From assembly GCA_964016885.1 (NCBI GenBank), contig OZ024744.1:54436001-54500000 (forward strand): a stretch of 64,000 bases of DNA, given 5' to 3'. Source of the stretch: Eledone cirrhosa. Lineage: Eukaryota. Shown piece after piece: positions 52,801 through 64,000 of the stretch. Position 1 is the first letter of the stretch. The number at the start of each line of letters is the position of its first letter. The notes beneath the pieces are model-generated. The model was not told the origin of the DNA. It did not search any database and saw only the letters and a list, made by a program, of their open reading frames with translations. Both the position numbers and the translations under genes were made by a program.

Positions 52801-55800
52801 AGTGAACTATACCACACTGTGGTACCTACTTACAGCTAGGTCGACTGTTGACAGTTAAGTGTCTTGGTTATAGACACAGTACAGTGAACTATATCACACT
52901 GTGGTACCTAGTTACAACTAGGTGGACTGTTGACAGTTAAGTCTTGGTTATAGACACAGTACAGTGAACTATACAACACTGTGGTACCTACTTACAGCTA
53001 GGTGGACTGTTGACAGTTAAGTATCTTCGTTATAGACACAGTACAGTGAACTATACCACACTGTGGTACCTACTTAGAGCTGGGTAGACTGTTGACAGTT
53101 AAGTGTATTGGTTATAGACACAGTACAGTGAACTATACCATACTGTGGTACCAACTTACAGCTAGGTCGACTGTTGAGAGTTAAGCGTCTTGGTTATAGA
53201 CACAGTACAGTGAACTATACCACACTGTGGTACTTACTTACAGCTAGGTGGACTGTTGACAGTTAAGTGTCTTGGTTATAGACACAGTACAGTGAACTAT
53301 ATCACACTGTGGTACCTACTTACAACTAGGTGGACTGTTGACAGTTCAGTCTTGGTTATGGACACAGTACAGTGAAGTATACAACACTGTGGTACCTACT
53401 TACAACTAGGTGGACTGTTGACAGTTAAGTATCTTCGTTAGAGACACAGTACAGTGAACTATACCACACTGTGGTACCTACTTAGAGCTGGGTAGAGTGT
53501 TGACAGTTAAGTGTCTTGGTTATAGACACAGTACAGTGAACTATACCACACTGTGGTACCTACTTACAGCTAGGTGGACTGTTGACAGTGGAGTATCTTG
53601 GTTATAGACACAGTAGTGAACTATACCACACTGTGGTACCTACTTACAGCTAGGTGGACTGTTGACAGTGGAGTATCTTGGTTATAGACACAGTAGTGAA
53701 CTATACCACACTGTGGTACCTACTTACAGCTAGGTCGACTGTTGAGAGTTAAGTGTCTTGGTTATAGACATAATACAGTGAACTATACGACACTGTGGTA
53801 CCTATTTACAGCTAGGTGGACTGTTGACAGTGGAGTATCTTGGTATAGACATAGTACAGTGAACTATACCACACTGTGGTACCTACTTACAACTAGGTGG
53901 ACTGTTGACAGATAAGTGTCTTGGTTTTAGACACAGTAGAGTGAACTCTTCCACACTGTGGTACCTACTTACAGCTAGGTGGACTGGACTGTTGACAGTT
54001 AAGTCTCTTAGATATAGACACAGTACATTGAACTATACCACACTGTGGTACCTACTTACAGCTAGGTGAACTGTTGACAGTTAAGTGTCTTGGTTATAGA
54101 CACAGTACAGTGTTCTATAGCTCATTGTGGTACCTACTTACAGCTAGGTGGACTGTTGACAATTAAGTGTCTTGGTTATAGAAATATTACAGTGAACTAT
54201 ACAACACTGTGGTACCTAATTACATCTAGGTGGACTGTTGACAATTAAGTGTCTTGGTTATAGACACAGCAGAGTGAACTATACCACACTGTGGAACCTA
54301 CTTACAGCTAGGTGGACTGTTGACAGTTAAGTGTCTTAGTTATAGACACAGTAGAATGAACTATACCATAATGTGGTACCTACTTAGAGCTGGGTAGACT
54401 GTTGACAGTTAAGTGTCTTGGTTATAGACACAGTACAGTGAACTATACCACACTGTGGTGCCTACTTACAACTAGGTGGACTGTTCACGGTGGAGTGTCT
54501 TGGTTATATAGAGAGTACAGTGTACTATACGACACTGTGGTACCTACTTAGAGCTTGGTGGACTGTTGACAGTTCAGTGTCTTGGTTATAGACACAGTAC
54601 AGTGAACTATACCACACTCTGGTGCCTACTTACAGCTAGGAGGACTGTTGACAGTTAAGTGTCTTGGTTATAGAGACAGTACAGTGAACTATACCACACT
54701 GTGGTACCTACTTACAGCTAGGTGGACTGGACTGTTGACAGTTAAGTGTCTTGGTTATAGACACAGTACAGTGAATTATACCTCACTGTGGTACCTACTG
54801 ACAGCTAGGTGGAATGGACTGTTGACAGTTAAGCCTTGGTTATAGACACAGTACAGTGAACTATACCACACTGTGGTACCTACTTACAACTAGGTGGACT
54901 GTTGACAGTTAAGTGTCTTCATTATAGACACAGTACAGTGAACTATACCACACTGTGGTACCTACTTACAGCTAGGTGGACTGGACTGTTGACAGTTAAG
55001 TGTCTTGGTTATAGACACAGTACAGTGAATTATACCACACTGTGGTGCCTACTTACAGCTAGGTGGACTGTTGACAGTGGAGTGTCTTGGTTATAGACAT
55101 AGTACAGTGAACTATACCACACTGTGGTACCTACTTACAGCTAGGTGGACTGTTGACAGTTAAGTCTCTTGGTTATAGATATAGTACAGTGAACTATACA
55201 ACACTGTGGTACCTACTTACAGCTAGGTGGACTCTTGACAGTGGAGTATCTTGGTATAGACACAGTACAGTGAACTATACCACACTGTGGTACCTACTTA
55301 CAGCTAGGTGGACTGTTGACGGTTAAGTATATTCGTTATAGACGCAGTACAGTGAACTATACCACACTGTGGTACCTACTTAGAGCTGGGTAGACTGTTG
55401 ACAGTTAAGTGTCTTGGTTATAGACACAGTAGTGAACTATACCACACTGTGGTACCTACTTACAGCTAGGTGGACTGTTGACAGTTAAGTCTCTTGGTTA
55501 TAGACACAGTACAGTGAACTATACCACACTGTGGTACCTACTTACAGCTAGGTGGACTGTTGACAGTGGAGAATCTTGGTATAGACACAGTACAGTGAAC
55601 TATACCACACTGTGGTACCTACTTACAACTAGGTGGACTGTTGACAATTAAGTGTCTTGGTTATAGAGATAGTACAGTGAACTATACTACACTGTGCTAC
55701 CTACTTACAGCTAGGTGGGCTGGACTGTTGACAGATAAGTCTCTTGGATATAGACACAGTATAGTGAACTATACCACACTGTGGTACCTACTTACAGCTA

Positions 55801-58800
55801 GGTGGACTGTTGACAGTTAAGTGTCTTGGTTATAGACACAATACAGTGAACTATACCACAGTGAGGTACCTACTTACAGCTAGGTGGACTGTTGACAGTT
55901 AAGTGTCTTGGTTATAGACACAGTACAGTGAACTATATCACACTGTGGTACCTACTTACAACTAGGTGGACTGTTGACAGTTAAGTGTCTTGGTTATAGA
56001 CACAATACAGTGAACTATACAACACTTTGGTACCTACTTACAGCTAGGTGGACTGTTGACAATTAAGTGTCTTGGTTATAGAGATAGTACAGTGAACTAT
56101 ACTACACTGTGCTACCTACTTACAGCCAGGTGGGCTGGACTGTTGACAGTTAATTCTTGGTTATAGACACAGCACAGTGAAGTATACCACACTGTGGTAC
56201 CTACTTGCAGCTAGGTGGACTGGAATGTTGGCAGTTAAGTCTTGGTTATAGACACAGTATAGTGAACTATATCACACGGTGGAACCTGCTTACAGCTAGG
56301 TGGACTGTTGACAGTTAAGTGTCTTAGTTATAGACACAGTACCATGAACTATACCACACTGTGGTACCTACTTAGAGCTGGGTAGACTGTTGATAGTTAA
56401 GTGTCTTGGTTATAGACACAGTTCAGTGAACTATACCACTCTGCGGTACCTACTTACAGCTTGGTGGACTGTTAACAGTTAGGTGTCTTGGACACAGTAC
56501 AGTCAACTATACCACACTGTGGTACCTACTTACAGTTAGGTGGACTATTTACAGTTACGTGTCTTGGTTATAGACACAGTACAGTGAACTATACCACACT
56601 GTGGTTCCTACTTACAGCTAGGTGGACTGTTGACAGTTAAGTGTCTTGGACACAGTAGAGTGAACTATACCACACTGTGGACCTACTTACAGTTAGGTGG
56701 ACTATTTACAGTTAAGTGTCTTGGTTATAGACACAGTAGAGTGAACTATACCACTCTGTGGTACCTACTTACAGCTAGGTGGACTGTTGACAGTTAAGTG
56801 TCTTGGTTATAGAGATAGTACAGTTAACTATACCACACTGTGGTACCTACTTACAGCTAGGTGGACTGGACTGTTGACAGTTAAGTGTCTTGGTTATAGA
56901 CACAGTACAGTGAACTATACCACACTGTGGTACCTACTTACAGCTAGGTGGACTGTTGACAGTTAAGTGTCTTGGTTATAGACACAGTAGTGTGAACTAT
57001 ACCACACTGTGCTACCTACTTACAACTAGTTGGACTGTTGATAGTGGAGTGTCTTGGTTATAGACACAGTACAGTGAACTATACCATTCTGTGGTACCTA
57101 CTCACAGCTAGGTGGACTGTTGACAGTTAAGTGTCTTGGTTATAGAGATAGTACAGTGTACTATACCACAGTGTTGTACCTACTTACAGCTAGGTGGACT
57201 GGATTGTTGACAGTTAAGTGTCTTGGTTAGTGACACAGTACAGTGAATTATAATACACTGTGGTACCTACTTACAACTAAGTGGAATGTTGACAGTTAAG
57301 TGTCTTGGTTATAGACACAGTACAGTGAACTATAGCACACTGGGGTACCAACTTACAGCTAGGTGGACTGTTGACAGTTAAGTGTCTTGGTTGTAGACAC
57401 AATACAGTGAACTATACCACACTGTGGTACCTGCTTACAGCTAGGCGGACTGTTGACAGTTAAGTGTCTTGGTTATAGACACAGTACAGTGAACTATACC
57501 ACACTGTGGTACCTACTTACAGCTAAGTGGACTGTTGACAGTTAAGTGTCTTGGTTATAGACACAGTAGTGTGAACTATACCACACTGTGCTACCTACTT
57601 ACAACTAGTTGGACTGTTGATAGTGGAGTGTCTTGGTTATAGACACAGTACAGTGAACTATACCATTCTGTGGTACCTACTCACAGCTAGGTGGACTGTT
57701 GACAGTTAAGTGTCTTGGTTATAGAGATAGTACAGTGTACTATACCACAGTGTTGTACCTACTTACAGCTAGGTGGACTGGATTGTTGACAGTTAAGTGT
57801 CTTGGTTAGTGACACAGTACAGTGAATTATAATACACTGTGGTACCTACTTACAACTAAGTGGAATGTTGACAGTAGAGTATCTTGGTTATAGACACAGT
57901 AAAATGAACTATACCAGACTGTGGTACCTACTTACAGCTAGGTGGACTGTTGACAGTTAAGTATCTTGGTTATAGACACAGTACAGTGAACTATACCACA
58001 CTGTGAAACCTACTTACAGCTAGGTGGACTGTTGACAGTTAAGTGTCTTGGTTATAGACACAGTACAGTGAACTATACCACACTGTGGTACCTACTTACA
58101 GCTAAGTGGACTGTTGACAGTTAAGTGTCTTGGTTATAGACACAGTACAGTGAACTATACCACACTGTGGTACCTACTTACAGCTTGGTGGACAGTTGAC
58201 AGTAGAGTATCTTGGTTATAGACACAGTAGAGTGAACTATACCACACTGTGGACCCTACTTACAGCTAGGTGGACTGTTGACAGTGGAGTATCTTAGTTA
58301 TAGACACAGTACAGTGAACTATACCACACTGTGGAACCTACTTAAAGCTAGGTGGACTGTTGACAGTTAAGTATCTTCGTTATAGACACAGTACAGTGAA
58401 TTATACCACACTGTGGTACCTACTTACAGCTAGGTGGACTGTTGACAGTTAAGTGTCTTGGTTATAAACAGAGTATAGTGAACTACACAACACTGTGGTA
58501 CCTACTTACAACTAGGTGAACTGTTGATAGTGGAGTATCTTGGTTATAGACACAGTACAGTGAACTATACCACTCTGTGGTACCTACTTACAGCTAGGTG
58601 GACTGTTGACAGTTAAGTGTCTTGGTTATAGATGCAGTACAGTGAATTATACCACATTGTGGTACCTACTTACAGCTAGGTGGATTGTTGACAGTTAAGT
58701 GTCTTGGTTATAGACATAGTACAGTGAACTATATCACACTATGGTACCTACTTACAGCTATGTGGACTGTTGACAGTTAAGTGTCTTGGTTATAGACACA

Positions 58801-61800
58801 GTACAGTGAACTATACCACACTGGTACCTACTTACAGCTAGGTGGACTGTTGACAGTTAAGTGTCTTGGTTATAGACACAGTAGAGTGAACTATACCACA
58901 CTGTGTTACCTACTTACAGCTAGGTGGACTGTTGACAGTTAAGTGTCTTGGTTATATACAGAGTTCAGTGAACTATATCACACTGTGGTACCTACTTACA
59001 GCTAGGTGGACTGTTGACAGTTTCGTTTCTTGGCTATAGACACAGTACAGTGACATATAACTCAGTGTGGTACCTACTTACAGCTAGGTGGACTGTTGAC
59101 AGTTAAGTGTCTTGGTTATAGACACAGTACAGTGAACTATACCATACTGTGGTACCTACGTACATCTAGCTGGACTGTTGACAGTTAAGTGTCTTGGTTA
59201 TAGACACAGTACAGTGAACTATACCACACTGTGGTACCTACTTACAGCTTGGTGGACTGTTGACACTTAAGTGTCTTGGTTATAGACACAGTACAGTGAA
59301 ATATACCACACTGTGATACCTACTTACAGCTAGGTGCACTGTTGACAGTTAAGTGTCTTGGTTATAGACAGAGTACAGTGAACTATACCACACTGTGGTA
59401 CCTACTTACAGCTAGGTGGAATGTTGACAGTTAAGTGTCTTGGTTATAGACACAGTACAGTGAACTATACAACACTATGGTACCAACTTACTGCTAGGTG
59501 GACTGTTGACAGTTAAGTGTATTGGTTATAGACACAGTACAGTGAACTATACTACACTGTGGTACCTACTTACAGCTAGGTGGACTGTTGACAGTTAAGT
59601 GTCTTGGTTATAGACACAGTACAGTGATCTATACCACTCTGTGGTACCTACTTACATCTAGGTGGACAGTTGACAGTTAAGTGTCTTGGTTATAGAGATA
59701 GTACAGTGAACTATACCACACTGTGGTACCTACTTACAGCTAGGTGGACTGGACTGTTGACAGTTAAGTGTCTTGGTTATAAACACAGTACAGTGAACTA
59801 TACCACACTGTGGTACCTATTTACAGCTAGGTGGACTGTTGACAGTTAAGTGTCTTGGTTATAGATACAGTACAGTTAACCATACCACACTGTTGTACCT
59901 ACTTACAGCTAGGTGGATTGTTGACAGTAGAGTATCTTAGTTATAGACACAGTACAGTGAACTATACCACACTGTGGCACCTACTTACAGCTAGGTGGAC
60001 TGGACTGTTGACAGTTAAGTCTTAGTTATAGACATAGTACAGTGAACTATATCACACTGTGGTACCTACTTACAGCTAGGTGGACTGTTGACAGTGGAGT
60101 ATCTTGGTTATAGACACAGTACAGTGAACTATACCACCCTTTGGTACCTAATTACAGCTAGGAGGACTGTTGATATTTAAGTGTCTTGGTTATAGACACA
60201 GTAGAGTGTGCTATACCACACTATGGTACCTATTTGCAGCTAGGTGAACTGTTGACAGTTAAGTGTCTTGGTTATAGATGCAGTACAGTGAACTATACCA
60301 CACTGTGGTACCTACTTACAGCTAGGTGGACTGTTGACTGTTAAGTGTCTTGGTTATAGACACAGTACAGTGCACTATACCATACTGTGGTACCTACTTA
60401 CAGCTAGGTGGACGGTTGACAGTTAAGTGTCTTGGTTATAGACAGAGTACAGTGAACTATATCACACTGTGGTACCTACTTACAACTAGGTGGACTGTTG
60501 ACAGTTTAGTGTCTTGGTTATAGAAACGGTACAGTGAACTATACCACACTGTGGTACCTACTTACAGCTGGGTGGACTGTTGACAGTAGAGTATCTTGGT
60601 TATAGACACAGTACAGTGAACTATATCACAGTGTGGTACCTACTTACAGCTAGGTGGACTGTTGACTGTTAAGTATCTTCGTTATAGACACAGTACAGTG
60701 AAATATACCAAACTGTGGTACCTACTTAGAGTTGGGTAGACTGTTGACAGTTAAGTGTCTTGGTTATAGACACAGTACAGTAAACTATACCACACTGTGG
60801 CACCTACTTACAGCTAGGTGGACTGTTGACAGTGGAGTATCTTAATTATAGACACAGTACAGTGAACTATACCACTCTGTGGTACCTACTTACAGCTAGG
60901 TGGACTGTTGACAGTTAAGTGTCTGGGTTATAGAGATAGTACAGTGAACTATACCACACTGTGGTACCTAGTTACAGCTAGGTGGACTGGACTGTTGACA
61001 GTTAAGTGTCTTGTTTATAGACACAGTACAGTGAACTATACCACACTGTGGTACCTACTTACAGCTAGGTGGACTGTTGACAGTAGAGAATCTTGGTTAT
61101 AGGAACAGTAGAGTGAATTATACCACACTGTGGTACCTACTTACAGCTAGGTGGACTGTTGATAGTTAAGTGTCTTGGTTATAGACACAGTACAGTGAAC
61201 TATACCACACTGTGAAACCTACTTACAGCTAGGTGGACTGTTGACATTTAAGTGTCTTGGTTATAGACACAGTACGGTGAACTATACCACACTGTGGTAC
61301 CTACTTACAGCTAGGTGGACTGTTGACAGTTAAGTGTCTTGGTTATAGACACAGTACAGTGAACTATACCACACTGTGGTACCTACTTACAGCTAGGTGG
61401 ACTGTTGACAGTAGAGTATCTTGGTTATAGACACAGTAGAGTGAACTATTCCACACTGTGGCACCTACTTACAGCTAGGTGGACTGTTGACAGTGGAGTA
61501 TCTTAGTTATAGACACAGTACAGTGAACTATACCACACTGTGGAACCTACTTATAGCTAGGTGGACTGTTGACAGTTAAGTATCTTCGTTATAGACACAG
61601 TACAGTGAATTATACCACACTGTGGTACCTACTTCCAGCTGGGTAGACTGTTGACAGTTAAGTGTCTTGGTTATAGACAGAGTACAGTGAACTATACCAT
61701 ACTGTGGTACCTACTTACAACTAGGTGGACTGTTGATAGTGGAGTATCTTGGTTATAGACACAGTACAGTGAACTATACCACTCTGTGGTACCTACTTAC

Positions 61801-64000
61801 AGCTAGGTGGACTGTTGACAGTTAAGTATCTTGGTTATAGAGATAGTACAGTGAACTATACCATACTGTGGTACCTACTTACAACTAGGTGGACTGTTGA
61901 TAGTGGAGTATCTTGGTTATAGACACAGTACAGTGAACTATACCACTCTGTGGTACCTACTTACAGCTAGGTGGACTGTTGACAGTTAAGTATCTTGGTT
62001 ATAGAGATAGTACAGTGAACTATACCACACTGTGGTACCTACTTACAGCTAGGTGGACTGGACTGTTGACAGTTTAGTGTCTCGGTTACAGACAGAGTAC
62101 AGTGAACTATACCACACTGTGGTACCTACTTACAGCTAGGTGGACTGTTGACAGTTAAGTTTCTTGGTTATAGACACAGTACAGTGAACTATACCACTCT
62201 ATGGTACCTATTTACAACTAGGTGAACTGTTGACAGTTAAGTGTCTTGGTTATAGATGCAGTACAGTGAACTATACCACACTGTGGTACCTACTTAAAGC
62301 TAGGTGGACTGTTGACAGTTAAGTGTCTTAGTTATAGACACAGTACAGTGAACTATACCACACTGTGGTACCTACTTACAGCTGGGTGGACTGTTGACAG
62401 TAGAGTATCTTGGTTATAGACACAGTACATTGAACTATACCACTCTGTGGTACCTACTTACAGCTAGGTGGACTGTTGACAGTTAAGTGTCTTGGTTATA
62501 GAGATAGTACAGTGTACTATACCACACTGTTGTACCTACTTACAGCTAGGTGGATTGTTGACAGTAGAGTATCTTAATTATAGACACAGTACAGTGAACA
62601 ATACCACACTGTGGCACCTACTTACAACTAGGTGGACTGGACTGTTGACAGTTAAGTCTTAGTTATAGACATAGTACAGTGAACTATACCACACTGTGGT
62701 ACCTACTTACAGCTAGGTGGACTGTTGACAGTGGAGTATCTTGGTCTTAGACACAGTACAGTGAACTATACCACACTCTGGTACCTAATTACAGCTAGGA
62801 GGACTGTTGACAGTTAAGTGTCTTGGTTATAGATGCAGTACAGTGAACTATACCACACTGTGGTACCTACTTACAGCTAGGTGAATTGTTGACAGTTAAG
62901 TGTCTTGGTTATAGACATAGTACAGTGAACTATATCACACTATGGTACCTACTTACATCTATGTGGACTGTTGACAGTTAAGTGTCTTGGTTATAGACAC
63001 AGTACAGTGAACTATACCACACTGTGGTACCTACTTACAGCTAGGTGGACTGTTGACAGTTAAGTGTCTTGGTTATAGACACAGTAGAGTGAACTATGTC
63101 ACACTGTGGTACCTACTTACAGCTAGGTGGACTGTTGACAGTTTCGTTTCTTGGCTATAGACACAGTACAGTGACATATAACTCAGTGTGGTACCTACTT
63201 ACAGCTAGGTGGACTGTTGACAGTTAAGTGTCTTGGTTATAGACACAGTACAGTGAACTATACCATACTGTGGTACCTACGTACATCTAGCTGGACTGTT
63301 GACAGTTAAGTGTCTTGGTTATAGACACAGTAGAGTGAACTATACCACACTGTGGTACATACTTACAGCTTCGTGGACTGTTGACAGTTAAGTGTCTTGG
63401 TTATAGACACAGTACAGTGAACTATACCACACTGTGGTACCTACTTACAGCTAGGTGCACTGTTGACAGTTAAGTGTCTTGGTTATAGACACAGTACAGT
63501 GAACTATACCACACTGTGGTACCTACTTACAGCTAGGTGGACTGTTGACAGTTAAGTGTCTTGGTTATAGACACAGTACAGTGAACTATACCACACTGTG
63601 GTACCTACTTACAGCTTGGTGGACTGTTGACAGTTAAGTGTCTTGGTTATAGACACAGTACAGTGAAATATACCACACTGTGGTACCTATTTACAGCTAG
63701 GTGCACTGTTGACAGTTAAGTGTCTTGGTTATAGACACAGTACAGTGAACTATACCACACTGTGGTACCTACTTACAGCTAGGTGGAATGTTGACAGTTA
63801 AGTGTCTTGGTTATAGACACAGTACAGTGAACTATACAACACTATGGTACCAACTTACTGCTAGGTGGACTGTTGACAGTTAAGTGTATTGGTTATAGAC
63901 ACAGTACAGTGAACTATACTACACTGTGGTACCTACTTACAGCTAGGTGGACTGTTGACAGTTAAGTGTCTTGGTTATAGACACAGTACAGTGATCTATA
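43896..64000. repeat. Copy B of the ~20 kb tandem duplication (truncated by the window end)
   Basis: Collinear with copy A up to TGATCTATA at 42391/63992 (offset 21601). It differs by scattered substitutions and whole-monomer indels. Confidence 0.95.

Larger units (their letters stand above)
421..64000. repeat. 82-bp-monomer tandem repeat (satellite DNA) array, ~770 copies, head-to-tail, running off the right end of the window
   Basis: CTTGGTTATA recurs at 491 and 573 (period 82). An exact consensus monomer lies at 41941-42022. The same motif order continues to 64000 with no inversion or foreign insertion seen. The consensus has one KpnI (GGTACC) and one HincII (GTTGAC) site. Length variants include 76, 80, 81, 84, 85 and 87 bp. 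Confidence 0.99.

Noticed and set aside
3948-61102. All 25 ORFs in the track (TVKCLGYRHSTVNYTTLWYLLTARW... repeats)
   Set aside because: They are translations of the satellite. 82 is not a multiple of 3, so frames stay open only across 87/84-bp or other indel variants. Starts are TTG/GTG, and there is no codon-position bias in the variants that I could see.
421-64000. CRISPR array or integron attC-like cassette array
   Set aside because: No unique spacers or cassettes. The whole 82 bp is repeated, and no cas or integrase gene is present.

Overview
About 420 bp of unique, AT- and purine-rich non-coding DNA is followed by one uninterrupted, single-orientation tandem repeat (satellite) array from ~421 to the window end (~63.6 kb, roughly 770 monomers by length/82). 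The consensus monomer is 82 bp, ~43% GC, with no CpG: CTGTTGACAGTTAAGTGTCTTGGTTATAGACACAGTACAGTGAACTATACCACACTGTGGTACCTACTTACAGCTAGGTGGA (exact copy at 41941-42022). It is tiled almost completely by short inverted repeats. Shared diagnostic variants show nested duplications (periods of 164, 243, 329, 1238, 1323 and 1556 bp, ~3.9 kb, ~5.1 kb, and a ~20 kb tandem duplication whose offset changes in whole-monomer steps). All listed ORFs are translations of the repeat. I find no supportable gene, RNA gene or CRISPR array. The most interesting leads are unproven: a cloverleaf-like fold, a Helitron-3'-end-like motif, an RSS-like heptamer/spacer/nonamer in each monomer, and a palindrome centred on the array boundary. 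Offsets were counted by hand from marker variants, no database search was possible, and the host organism cannot be identified (a eukaryote is inferred from the array size).
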